Shown here piece after piece: positions 1 through 12,158 of a stretch of 64,000 nt of DNA. Made by a program: the position numbers and the translations under genes. The stretch lies in the NCBI GenBank assembly GCA_052426225.1, contig JBNJNM010000006.1:2858670-2922669 (forward strand). The letters run 5' to 3'. Below the pieces are notes generated by a model. That model was not told where the DNA came from. It was given only the letters and a program-made list of their open reading frames with translations, and ran no database searches. How positions within the stretch are numbered: the stretch's first letter is position 1; each line of letters opens with the position of its first letter. Origin of the DNA: Zancudomyces culisetae HAW-14-8. Taxonomy: Eukaryota; Fungi; Kickxellomycota.

Positions 1-1649
1 TTTTATTCACATAACCAAGTATAGAAGAATAATCACTTAATTATGTTTTATGTATATGTTTCACCTACTACCTAGTGCGCTCATATTTACCTATACCAAC
101 AGATATTCATAAACCTATTTATTTATACTCCACACCTCTCCCTTTTATAACCTAGACTTGAAATATGAATTCCCTCTCACCCCATCAAAAACTAGTGCAT
201 TATTCGTCGAATATTACAATAAAAATTAGGGAATTTGATTTTTGTCCTTTTTCTTTTGATATTCTTTCCATATCAAGTTTTTTTAAATAATGGAGTAACC
301 CCAGTGCAAACGGAATCACATTCTTTACATTGCGTTTAATTTCTAAATCCTATTAAAAATAAAGTGAATTAATAGACATATAAATTGTATAGTTTTCTTT
401 AAAAACATCTATTCAGATACTTTAGTAATATATACGACGCTTTGTTATTTTTCTAATATTTTCATAGATTAACGATTTTATATATTAATCATTAGTTAAT
501 ACGTTGGTTAATAAATATAACAGTAAAATAATGAAAATATAACCAAAACAATTATACATATAAATAAAGATAGAAACTATTCCAGATGGTGCGTACAGAA
601 TACCATAATTTAAAGAGTTTAAAATTAAGATGGTGCTATGAAAATGCTTGGCTGCTCAAATATATCAGCTAATTATGTTTAGATGTACAATATTTATAAA
701 TTGATTTATTGTATAACTACCAACTTTGTTTTTACATCAAGTTCTTAAATGAAAGAAATATTATAATGACCATGTACTGTTACGACAAAGTCGAGTTTCT
801 ATTATACCAATACTAGATTTGTTCAAATAATGAGAAATACACTATTGTAGCCTATTCGCAATTTTATACTACTTACCTTAAATTTTATTCTTTAGACTGT
901 ATTATAACTAAAAATATAATATCTCTACTAAATTTTCCACTACTTAAAGACTAGTTTTGATTTATTCCTTATCAAAAGTATCGTGTCTGTTATATTTTTT
1001 GGGTAGTATTTACTTATTCACTTTAGTACTAAATATAAAAATTTGGTCAAAGTTTCTAAGGTGAAGGATTCAAAAGACTATTAAATACCTATCCTGCTTC
1101 TTTTTTAATTTTTAATAATCTCATTATTATCTCAATTATTTTATAGTAATCTTGCTATTAAAAATGATAAATTAATGTAATATAATTTAAAAGTATGTAA
1201 AATAATTATATAGTCATAGTTGACCTGTGATAATATTACAGTACCAATCGAACTAAGCGCGGATGATCTCATCGCGTCGGTTTTTGTCTGAAAACGTTAT
1301 CTTTGGTCTGAGTGTTTGAACCAATTCTAGGATCATGTACTTACTTTAGTCGTTAATCGCTCTGCGAATGGGATTGAAGTTTAGAATTTTCTATTGTACT
1401 TTTGGTTTTTACAATCATTTATTTATTTTGATAATCTTTTTAATATTAATAAACTGGTGTTCTCCTTAATAATAAAATAATACGTATGTTGTAAAAAACT
1501 CGAGTGACCTATCTAAAAAACCTTATTCTTACTATAAATATCTATAATCATAATAATAATAGCAATAAATAATAATAGGTAAATAGTAATTTAAAACAGG
1601 GATCGATGCAGGAATATGATAATTATTCCCACTACTCTCTTAATAAGGT

Positions 1650-2660
1650 TTAAGCATAATCTCGTTGATTAAATATCGATTTCCTATCTCGTCTGTTATG
1701 AGATAAGTATCTTTGTCCAGTCTCCTAAGTATCAAATAGGGTCCCTCCCATAAGTCTTCGAGTTTACCTTTCTCATGTTTTACTAACTTCAATACCTTCT
1801 CTCCTACGTAAAAGTGCTGCTTCTTTACAGTTTTGTTGTACCTATACTCGTTCCGTTTATTTGAGGTTAGCGCTTTACTAATCCCAAATCTCTGATTTGA
1901 GGGAAGTCAGTTGTTATCAACTTTATCGTTCTAAAACATGTTCTACTACGTTATCAATGTTTCTATTGTCATTCATGCGTTTGGCAGTGTTACCTGTATT
2001 CCATACAACAATTGTGAGGGACTGAATTGCGTCGACTTGCTCTGCATGATTCTAAGAATTATCATTGCCGTCTATAAATGCCCATCCCAGTTTTGATTGT
2101 AGTGCCAACCCAGTTTGCGCAACAAGTTAAAAAATTTGAGTTTAACCTTTCAACCTGACTATTACTTTGTAGTCGGTAATGATTTGTAGGGCAGAATCTA
2201 TTCCTAATCACTTAAAAACTTCGGTCGTCGCTTCACTTACGAAACTCGACCCAATGTCTGACATAAAATTTAGGGCGACGCCAGATTGTTGTACAATGTT
2301 ATTTATGAAAAGTTTATTATAGTCTGGCTCTTAAGATTTTCAACCACAGTGGCAATCGGCCATTTGGTACAGTAATCTATAACCGTTAAGATGTACCTAT
2401 TTTCTGGTTTTGAATTGGGGTTGATCGGTCCTATTGCGTCCATCCCCATTATCTGAAATGGTTTTACTGCATTTATAAAAACTAATCTGTGTTTCAGTTT
2501 CCTTCCTTCTTTAAATACTTGACAAGTGTAACACTTTTATAAAAAACCGTACAAGTCTCTGTATAATTGTTTGCCGCAATACGGTTCACTTTTCGATTCC
2601 AAGTGATTTCGATCGTTTGTGAGCCATATCGTGAGTTTATTGAACTATATCTGTATAGAC
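1650..2660 (-). pseudogene. Degenerate Ty3/Gypsy integrase; putative PPT ~1623-1640 and 3' LTR-like sequence ~1230-1622
   Basis: Minus-strand translation gives IMGMDAIGPI, RYILTVIDYCTKWP and SDIGSSFVS (rve core) with stops. The adjacent LTR-like stretch resembles 22263-22560. Confidence 0.7.
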
Positions 2661-2664
2661 CAAT

Positions 2665-3853
2665 GTATTTAATGATTTTGTTTTAATATTAAATAGAAAA
2701 ATATTTACTTTGATATAAGAGAATACTTTTCACTGACGGTTTCAACAACGAAATTCGTCGGGTTTAAATACTTTTTCGGAGTGAATTTTTCGAAATAAAA
2801 ACAAGGTCGCGAGGCCTTGTTTATCGAAGAAAAAACATTTTCTTACTTCGAAGAAAAGTGAAGAGGTTTGACCCTTACACTGTTTCATGACTCAATGTTT
2901 CACTAAGTTTCAACATCGATGTTGTTTTGATTTATGTAAAATAGTTATTACGTGAAAATTGAATTGGTAATAAATTAGTTATTTAATTACCTAATGCAAT
3001 TTACGTAGCTTTACTAAATAGGACTAAATGATTCTAGTTTAAAATAAACTAAATTAAAAAAAGGTTATGTAAGATAAAATTTTGATACTGTCGTGTGGAT
3101 CCCGATGCATAAGGGGATTCAACAATTTCAAACAATATTTAAATTACTTAATAAACAATCAACAAAATTAAATTGAAGTTGATCAACAATATAACTACTA
3201 TTATTTAGTAAATCGAAAAATATATAATTACAGAAAAATCAAAAATGAAAAATACAATTAATAGGAATAGTAAATCAACATTCGAATATACAAACAATAA
3301 GAATAATAAGACGATTTTAAGAATGTAACCACAAGCAAGAACACAGATAATTAAGACTTTAACATAGGTTAATTAAATTAGCTTTAAGTAGTTTTATTGA
3401 AATATATATATATACAAAGGAAGACTCATGGAGGATTCCTTAGCTCTTTTAGTAGTTAAAAACGTATTAGTAACATCAAGAAATAAAGACATTGAACAAG
3501 AAGAATTTTGTTTAGTACAAGTTTATTTAACAGTCATATAATAATATAATAGTGCTTCGGCTAAAAGTTTAAACTAGTAAAGGTTAAAAGTTTAAAATTA
3601 CTAAAATCTCATGTCAGGTCTCATGCAGCAACTACGTGCAGCCATCATCCAACAGTTCAAGGATGAGGGTCGTTACTCTCCGGACAGCGACCGTTCCGGA
3701 GCCACCTCTATGGAGTTGGATCGTACCGAGTCACATGATCCATTTGCTTTTGTTCAGGAGCATGTGCAACAACAGTTCCGTAGCATGAGAAACCCGACCA
3801 ACGAACGTGACCCGCCCGGTCTCGTCCGACAATACGATGACCTATTCATAACA
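2665..3853. repeat. LTR-like repeat (family I), interrupted by solo LTR H1; homolog at 18107-18696
   Basis: 2715-2970 aligns with 18175-18432. It ends TCATAACA at 3853. The left boundary is approximate. Confidence 0.55.
3089..3831 (+). mobile_element. Solo LTR H1 (743 bp) with 4-bp TSD ATAC, carrying an ORF in its last ~220 bp
   Basis: TGTCG...CGACA termini; ATAC at 3085-3088 and 3832-3835; reverse-oriented homolog at 27834-29452. Confidence 0.8.
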
Positions 3854-4063
3854 CCTATACTAAAATTAGGCCATATTAAACAACGACTTGCATTTGCTAA
3901 AAAATATCAGCATTGGACTTTAGAAGACTGGAAACGTGTGATATGGTCTGACGAGACTAAAATTAACAGATTTGGGTCAGATGGGCGCATGTGGTGTTGG
4001 AAAAAACAATGGCGCCAGTTAAAACCGAACCATGTTAAAAAAACTATAAAACATGGTGGAGGT
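3854..4063 (+). pseudogene. Tc1 transposase internal fragment (same family as T2)
   Basis: LKLGHIKQRLAFAKKYQHWT...WSDETKINRFGSDGRMWCWKK, nearly identical to the reverse complement of ~45020-45235. Confidence 0.9.
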
Positions 4064-4512
4064 TGTTATGAATATACGTGTATCATAACAATATGTATAT
4101 TTAATACAATATTAATTAATTAATATTATTAATTATTAGTTTATATTAATTAATTATTATTTAATTATTAGTTTAAAACATTAATATTGATACACATGAT
4201 CAATATATAATGTATCCTCATTATTATTGTGTATATTAATGATATTAGTTTATTAGTTTATAAATAATAATTTTATTACTTGTTTAAGTTTTATATTAAT
4301 ATTTCATACAAACCTAATTGTATTAAGGTGATACAATCCCTTTTCATGAACAATTAAGTTTGTCAATCTCGTTTAAAAATATTAATTATATTATTATAAA
4401 ATTTATTAATACTGTGTGTTTAAACTATTATAATTAATTCTATTGTTTAAAATTCTCTATGTGTTAACTAGTTAGATCAATATTATTGTGTATATTATTG
4501 GTATATATAACT
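4064..4512. repeat. LTR-like repeat (family G, copy 1)
   Basis: Starts TGTTATGA; aligns with 27479-27833 plus 29457-29546. Confidence 0.6.
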
Positions 4513-6645
4513 AATCTACGCTCAATCATCATATTTATATTTCCCAAAATGATAATGAGAAAATTGCGCAGCAATTTAGTAATTTAATTCAACACGTGAT
4601 GTAATTTCAAATGGCATGATAAATCATTACACATATAATAATATTTACAACCACGTTTTAAAAGTTTTAATAGCTATTACACGTGTGGTTCTTAATGACA
4701 TTTTGTATAAAGTTTATTGTTATAAAAGTGTTCAACTGACTTATTTAAAATTAGGCTACTATTGTGAATATATAAATCCTAAATACTATGTATCTGAAAA
4801 ATTTTGTGTAAAGATATACACATACCAAAAATTTAATATTTATATTATACCAAATTACCTCACTAAATATACTATCAATACTATAATTAAAATTATATAC
4901 CGATATATTTTCAATACAATTTAATAATTTAATATAAACTTATAGAACTAATGAAGTTATATACGCAGGACTACTTTAGAATTATATTGATCTTTATTAA
5001 AGATTTTATTAGATATATTCTAGATAAACTTTAAATATATCACTATATGACAAAACTTACCAATAAATATTAGTCAAATCGTCTAAATATTTTTATGCTA
5101 TATGGTTTTGACAAATTTTAAGTTATTGAGTAGATAATTTTAATATTTACCAAAGTCAAAAAGTTTGTTTAAAATTTTAATAATAATATTTAGTATCCAT
5201 TCCGGATTGTAGTGTTGACAGTAGAATAATTTGCTTCCTGATACACTTCTGCAACATCATTTTAACTTCCATATAATATAATTGAGTGAATGTGCAGCTT
5301 TAATCGGGCTTACTTGTTACTTGGTGATACTGATGTTGGTCTTCAAAAAATCCTATCAGGTTTTTGTAATCGGTGTAAATCTGAATTCTGTTCTCGAGGC
5401 AATGGATAATTTTTTAAGAGCATTGATGATCGCTACCAACTCTTTTTCATGTACATAACATTAATTCTAGGCTTTTGATACTAATTGTGAGTCAAATCAT
5501 AGTGGGTCTTTTTCTGTTTTTCTATTGTGATAGCACGGTATCTATTGCACTGACGCTTGGATCACTTTCCTAATAATTTTATTTACTTTAATCTAGTGGA
5601 TACAATGTCAATTTTTGCTGACTTTTTCTATTAATGAAGCAAATTTAATAATGACAATTATTCTATTGTTTTAGGCATTCTGGCTTTTGTAACTCTGTGT
5701 CAATTCATAATCATTTAGAAATCACTGCGAAACCAGCTATGAATCTTCTATAATAGTTGCATAATCCTAAAAATGATAATAATTTTTGAATCGTATCTGG
5801 TTTTATCCACTTTCTAATCGTTTCTACTTATTCTATATTTGGTTTTAACTTTCCGTCTTCATGAAGTGGCTCAAATAATATAATATTGTTACTGAAATAT
5901 TCATTTTTCCTTGTTTAGAATTAATTTGTATTTTTAATTTCGTTTAATACTTGTCTTATATGTGCCATATGTTACTCCCAAGATTTAGAGAATATTATTT
6001 TATATCTAAATAAACAATTAAAACATTATCGATAAACTCTTGCAGAATTTGATTCATTATTCTCTGAAAAGTACTTGGTGCGTTACATAAGCCGAATGGC
6101 ATCACCGTTATTCATAACTGCTATTTCTAGATACAAATGCAGTCTTTTCTATTGACTCTTCGTCCATCCTTATTTGGTGATATCCAATGCTTAGATCCAA
6201 AGATGAAAAGTATTTTGCCCCTCCTAGCCTATTGAAACAATTCTCCATCAATGGTAACGGATATCTATCTTTAATGGTTACTTTAATTAACGCCCTATAA
6301 TCTACACACATACGGAATTCATTATCTTTTTTCTTTTCTAGCAGATCTGGACTAGCCCACGCCGAAGTTGAAGGTCTAATCATTCCCTATTTTACTACCC
6401 CTTCTGTTATGAATAGAACGTAGTTCTATAATTTATTTTTAATTAATTTTATTTCTCTTTAGTTTAATAAAGTTAATATTTTTCTTAAATCAAGTTCATT
6501 AAATAAAATATATCTAGTTCTATGTCAGAATCGCATTATTTACCCATAAGTTTTAATATTTATTTTTAATCATATTTAATTACCTTTGAATCCTAACTTG
6601 GGAACATTAAGTTTCCCAACTTAAATAAATTAGTTTCCTGACATT

Positions 6646-6656
6646 TTGGGAAACTT
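6646..6656 (+). promoter_or_regulatory. Self-priming primer-binding site of A1
   Basis: TTGGGAAACTT, 2 nt after the LTR, is the exact reverse complement of AAGTTTCCCAA at 6609-6619; no TGG tRNA-type PBS is present. Confidence 0.75.
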
Positions 6657-6678
6657 CTAATTATTGGTTGAAGAGTTA

Positions 6679-7632
6679 ATGATGGTCCACCAATTAGATG
6701 AGATCGCAAAATTAGCTATGCAACAAGCTTTGCAAGATAGTCAAGCTCAAGCCCAGGCTCAAGCCCAGACACCCGCCCAAGTCCCCAGTCAGTTGCAGAA
6801 TTTACCTGCACCAAATCCGCAGCCAAGGATTGATGGTATCAGAATACCAGAAATCCAGAAATACTCAGGAGAATCAGGAAGGTTCCGAGCCTTCACCGCC
6901 GAGATCAAGCGCCAGTTCTGGGCCAGACCAGACGTGTTCCAGAGTGACCATAACAAGATATGGTTCATCAGTTCTCACCTTGCCGGTCATGCTGCCCTGT
7001 GGTTCGATAACCTTATCGATACCCAATCACCGTTGCTCTCAGATTTCAAAGGGTTTGAGAATGAATTTCAAAAGAGATTCTCAGATCCTGGCCACCAAGC
7101 CCGAGCTATCACCCAGCTTCATAGTTGCCGCCAGTCCCAGCGTTCCGTCCTGGAATTTGCAACCGAGTTCAGAAACCTCGCCTCTCTCAGTGGATTCAAC
7201 GAGCCAGCCAAAATTCACCTGTTTTACATCGGATTGGATACTAGCCTTGTCCAGCGCCTTGCCACTGAACCGCTACCAAACACCTTGGACCAGCTCATTG
7301 ATCAGGTGATTGAGCTTGAGAACAGAATCAATGCCCGCAGTGCCTACCTGCCCAAGAGAAGCGTCCCATTCCGCAACTGGAGTACTCCGGCTCCACCGGT
7401 CTTCCCCCGTCCAGCCATGCCTGTCCCAGATCACCAGGCTCCTGAACCAATGGACGTTGATGCCGTCACCTCCCGTCCAAGAGCACCGCTAGATACAGCC
7501 GAACGCCAGAGAAGATTAGCCAATAATCTTTGTCTATACTGTGGTCAGCCGAACCACATTCTCCGTAACTGTCCGCTCCGCAGGCCAAGACCCCCTATAC
7601 CTGGGGTGCCAAAAGACAGTGCTCAGATGTAG
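6679..7632 (+). CDS. gag: Gag of A1
   Basis: Retrotransposon capsid-like region, PEPMDVD motif and CCHC knuckle CLYCGQPNHILRNC. First ATG is at 6679 (the ORF track starts at TTG 6664). Confidence 0.9.
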   Translation: MMVHQLDEIAKLAMQQALQDSQAQAQAQAQTPAQVPSQLQNLPAPNPQPRIDGIRIPEIQKYSGESGRFRAFTAEIKRQFWARPDVFQSDHNKIWFISSHLAGHAALWFDNLIDTQSPLLSDFKGFENEFQKRFSDPGHQARAITQLHSCRQSQRSVLEFATEFRNLASLSGFNEPAKIHLFYIGLDTSLVQRLATEPLPNTLDQLIDQVIELENRINARSAYLPKRSVPFRNWSTPAPPVFPRPAMPVPDHQAPEPMDVDAVTSRPRAPLDTAERQRRLANNLCLYCGQPNHILRNCPLRRPRPPIPGVPKDSAQM

Positions 7633-10600
7633 TCCGGGAGTTACTCCTGAGCGTAGCTAATAATTCTAATATTTCTAGTAATAAATTTCATATTAAAGTT
7701 GTTTTAAATAATCTATACGAACTTGTTGCATTAGTGGACTCCGGTGCTTCAGCCAACTTTATTCGTCAAGATTTATTAGAAAAACTAAACCTCCCAACCA
7801 AAGAAGCAGAAAAAACCATCGTCCTAGAAAGTGTTGATGGTCACCAGATATACCCAGGGGGCATAAATGTCAAGGTTGATAATGCCCATATCAAGTCCGG
7901 TCCTAACCACTCTGAACACCTAGACCTTATCCCGATTCCAACCAATCACACTGACATCATATTTGGATTACCCTGGTTACGCAAACACAATCCTAGTATA
8001 ACTTGGCCAGACCTCCAGATCCACTTCGACTCTGACTTTTGCAGTACAAATTGTGTTGATACCCACTCCATCCAGGCCGTGTTCAAGTCACCTGATGAAC
8101 CAGATCCAGATCCAGTAGAACAAAATATTAGCCAGAATACGTCCACAAACCCAACTATCCTCCAAAGGGTGTTGAATAGATTATCAACTACCCTGCTTCC
8201 ACACAGTGCCAAGTTGCTCGAATCGGTCAAGTTGGACGATTCAAACACTGAAAATCAAAGATTTTCACCGCCTCCGTCTCCTGATCTCCCCAGCCCAGCT
8301 CCGTCAAATCCATACGCCAGAATTGAAGAGATTCTTCCTGTACCTGTTCCTGCACCAGTCCAATCAGTCACTCCAGAACCTGAAACCCAAAGTTTGCCCA
8401 AACCCGCAGCTATTGAGAACCCAGTAGATAACCATGTTGTCAAGCAAATTCCTGAGCCCCGTCGTCCAGTAACCCCTGTGCCAAAAGTACCACTCAGACC
8501 TGAACTTCCCAAAGCAATCCTGAAGAAAATTGAGCCAAGAGAACCAGTCGTCAGATCCCGGCCATTTCATAAAAATACCCCAGTCACCACCCCCGAGCCA
8601 GAATATTCCTTGGATCCAGATCCTGTAACTTTTGCCGTTTCTGAGTCCCCGCTAGAGTACTTGGAAGAATTTCCGCAACTTCCAGTAATATACTCTGAAT
8701 TCAAGGAAGTGTTCAATCCCAAGTCTGCCGTTTCACTTCCTCCTCACCGCCGTTATGACTGTCCTGTCAACACCAAAGAGGGTTACACCCCATACTGGGG
8801 GCCAATATACCCGCTATCGGAAGTAGAGTTAGAGTCTCTAAGAGGTTACATCCGTGAAAACCTCACCAATGGCTTCATCAGACGCTCTGTTTCCCCTGCT
8901 GGTGCACCAATCATGTTTGTAAAGAAGAAGTCTGGAGACTTGCGCCTTTGTGTTGACTACCGCCGATTGAACGAAGCTACCATCAAGAATAGGTACCCAT
9001 TACCTAGGATTGATGAGGCGTTCGATCGGCTGCGTACAGCCAAGGTCTTTACAAAATTGGATCTCAAAGGTGCCTACAACTTAGTGCGGATCAAGGAAGG
9101 TGACGAGTGGAAAACTGCATTTAGGTGCAGATATGGCCACTTTGAGTACCAGGTCATGCCATTTGGCTTGACAAATGCTCCCGCCACCTTTCAGCACTTT
9201 ATCAATGATGTGTTACGAGATGTATTGGATCTCTATGCAATTGCATACCTTGACGACATCTTGATATTTTCCAATGACACTGACACTCACATCAATCATG
9301 TGAAATCTGTTCTGAAAAAGCTGCTTGAAAATGGTCTGTACTGTAACGCCGAAAAATGTCACTTCCATATCAGGGAAGTTGAATTTCTAGGCCATGTTGT
9401 GTCTTCAGATGGAATAGCCACCGATCCTGCTAAAGTCAAGTGTGTAAAAGAATGGCTACCACCCACCAATGTTAAGGAGGTCCAGAAGTTTCTCGGTTTT
9501 GCCAATTACTACCGAAAGTTTATCCCATACTTCTCGCTGAAAGCCCTGCCAATCACAAGACTTCTGAAAAAGGATACACCGTTCGTTTGGAGTAAGGAGG
9601 CAGGTGAAGCCTTTAATACTCTTATCCAGGATCTCACCACTTCCCCCGTTCTCAGATACCCTGACCCAGGAAAACAGTTTATTCTGGAAACTGACGCCTC
9701 AGACTACGCCATTGGGGCTGCTCTGTCCCAAGAAGATGAAAACGGTGATCTCCGTCCTTGTGCCTACTATTCTTACAAACTCAACACTGCCGAATCCAAC
9801 TATAATATCTATGACAAGGAACTCTTGGCAATCATCAAGGCTCTCAAAGAATGGCGACATCATCTGGAACGCTCCTCCATCCCGTTCAAGATTCTTACTG
9901 ACCATAAGAATTTGGAGACCTTTAAAAATCTGAAGTCACTCAACAGAAGACACGCAAGATGGTCTCTTGATCTCAGTAGATTCAGCTTCATCATAACCTA
10001 CAGGCCTGGATCTCAAGGAGGCAAACCTGACGCTCTTTCTCGTTTGCCCAATCACACACCTGATAAGGTCGCCAACAACAACATCATAGGCGAGGACCAC
10101 TTCTTAGACATTATCAGCATAGTGGACAGTGATTTTGCTCAAGAAATCGCCAAATCCAGCAAAGCCCATCTAGAAGGATTATTGGATGCCGCAAGATACC
10201 AGAGCAGCCATAAGTCTAACGAGCCAGTAGAAGTTGAAGATGGAATTGTAATGCTTGGAAACCGTGTTGTCGTCCCCGACAAAATGAAGCCGCAAGTTGT
10301 AAGTTCTAGACATGACAGTGGCCCAGCCGGCCATTTTGGCGCTAAAAAGACATTGGAGCTCGTGGAACGAGACTTTTGGTTTCCAGGAATGCGCAAATTT
10401 ATTAAAGAGTTTGTTCAAACCTGTGATACATGCAATAGATCAAAGGACAGAAGACACAAAGTTTACGGTAAACTACTTCCGCTACCCGCTCCCTCAGGCC
10501 CATGGAAATCTATCACCATGGATTTCATAACTGATCTTCCTCCATCCAACAAGCACACTACTATTATGGTAGTTGTAGACAGGTTCACTAAAATGAGCCA

Positions 10601-11560
10601 TTTCATCCCGCTTAAGAAGCTGCCATCCTCAGAAGAAACTGCCTCCGCCTTTTTCACACATGTATTCAAGCTTCATGGACTACCAGACGTCATAATCTCT
10701 GACCGTGGAACCCAATTCTCGTCCAAATTTTGGAGTTCACTATTCAAACTGCTCAAAGTTGATACTAGAATGTCTACAGCCTTCCATCCAGAGACAGACG
10801 GTCAAACGGAGCGGGTGAATCAACATTGGAACAGTATCTACGCTGTTTCATCAACTATCAGCAAGATAATTGGTTTGAACTGCTCCCAATTGCCGAATTT
10901 GCTTATAACAACACTCTCCACTCCAGCACTAATACTTCTCCTTTCTTTGCTCTATATGGTTACCATCCAAGATTTGATCCTCAAATCACTAAAAACGTTC
11001 ACGTCCCCAGCGCTTCTGATAGGATAAAACAACTCAAAGAACTTCAATCAGCCCTCACTTCCATACTTAACAAGAAATCTCAGGAATATAAAAAGTATGC
11101 TGATGTAAACCGATCTGAACATCCAAAGTATAAACTAGGTGACAAGGTTTGGCTATCCAGCCAAAATATCAAAACTCAAAGGCCTTCTAAAAAGCTTGAC
11201 CATAGACTTCTAGGCCCATTCACTATTTCAAAAATCATCAATCCTGTTTCTGTCCGTTTAGACCTCCCGCCATCAATGAAAATCCATAACACTTTTCATG
11301 TCTCGTTATTGGAACCGTATATCGAACCCAGCAGTAACCGCAGATTAATAAACAGTCTTCCTCCACCTCTAATTATAAATGGAAATAAAGAATATGAAGT
11401 TAAGGATATTTTGGATTCTAAGCTTGTACGGGGTAAAAAATATTACTTAGTTGATTGGAAAGGCTTTGACATAAGTGAAAGAAGCTGGGAGCCGATTGAA
11501 AACATATACGCGCCTCAACTATTGAAAAAATACTATAAGACATATCCCAACAAACCATAA
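7569..11560 (+). pseudogene. pol: Pol of A1 (PR-RT-RH-IN-chromodomain), -1 frame to gag, with a 1-bp deletion at ~10822
   Basis: LVDSGAS, YLDD, ETDASD, HHCC/DDE, GPF and YEVKDILD..YLVDWKG. CAACATTGG here versus CAAACATTGG in A2 splits ORFs 7734-11027 and 10826-11560 (real lesion or read error). Confidence 0.9.
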
Positions 11561-11674
11561 GAGCAACAATATATTTATTATTTAATCAACATTATACCTA
11601 AATACTTATCTATAAAAACTATAAAAACAACCTAAAAACAACTAAAAAGCATAAAAAATTATAAAAGAAAAAAT

Positions 11675-11941
11675 AAAAAAGAATGAACTTAGGAGGGCGC
11701 TAACGTCTTGGGCCACACGATCACGTGATTCGAATTAACTGCTCGAGATCCCGAAGGAGTTATCGGAGAGGTGAAACGGTCCGGTACTAGTCCCGAAGGA
11801 CGTTATCGCGCACATTGGCCCCGTGAAACATCACATCCACTCTACAGCTAATTACTTCCCAATTACGGTCTTACAGCGAAGGATCGAACCAGGGTCCTGC
11901 AGAATACAAGTTCGACGCCTTAGCCACTCGACTATAAGCTC
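11675..11941 (-). ncRNA. Putative Pol III, tRNA-headed structured RNA antisense in the A1 3' UTR
   Basis: Differs by about one base from 47861-48127; A box, B box, upstream TATA, closing helix, UUCG hairpins, T6 terminator. Confidence 0.6.
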
Positions 11942-12158
11942 ACATTTTTGTCCAAGATATTATTTTTATATATTTAAAATATTCTTTGAAGGGGGGATAA
12001 TGTCAGAATCGCATTATTTACCCATAAGTTTTAATATTTATTTTTAATCATATTTAATTACCTTTGAATCCTAACTTGGGAACATTAAGTTTCCCAACTT
12101 AAATAAATTAGTTTCCTGACATTCTAACACCATATTTTTCACTCTTTACAATCTGAAC

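Larger units (their letters stand above)
6523..12121 (+). mobile_element. Chromovirus-type Ty3/Gypsy element A1 with 121-bp identical LTRs and TSD TTCTA
   Basis: LTRs 6523-6643 and 12001-12121 (TGTCAG...CTGACA); TSD 6518-6522 and 12122-12126; PPT GAAGGGGGGATAA at 11988-12000. Confidence 0.96.

Noticed and set aside
1-1200. Host gene in unassigned AT-rich stretches (also 18700-19400, 40311-41460, 45940-46590)
   Set aside because: No convincing ORF or motif; ~40330-40420 only weakly resembles a decayed pre-RT segment.
3611-4123. 170-aa ORF as a real gene
   Set aside because: It is a chance in-frame join of LTR H1, the end of LTR I, a Tc1 fragment and LTR G.
6830-7492. Alternative-frame and antisense ORFs overlapping gag/pol
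   Set aside because: Shadow ORFs of GC-richer coding sequence with no recognisable motifs.
10815-10830. Programmed recoding in integrase (also D ~36695 and B stop 15885)
   Set aside because: A2 is intact at the A1 site. The lesions differ in type and position, and two lie in A-runs, so mutation or read error is more likely.
11740-11830. Hammerhead ribozyme, 5S rRNA or RNase P identity for the UTR island
   Set aside because: GAAAC is present but there is no CUGANGA core. Resemblance to 5S (ACCGTTTC..CCGAT) and RNase P (TTGGGAAG..CCCAA) is limited to short words. An Rfam search is needed.
11823-12047. 74-aa ORF identical in A1 and A2 (47755-47979)
   Set aside because: GTG start, runs through the PPT into the LTR; identity is explained by recent duplication and the overlapping RNA signals.
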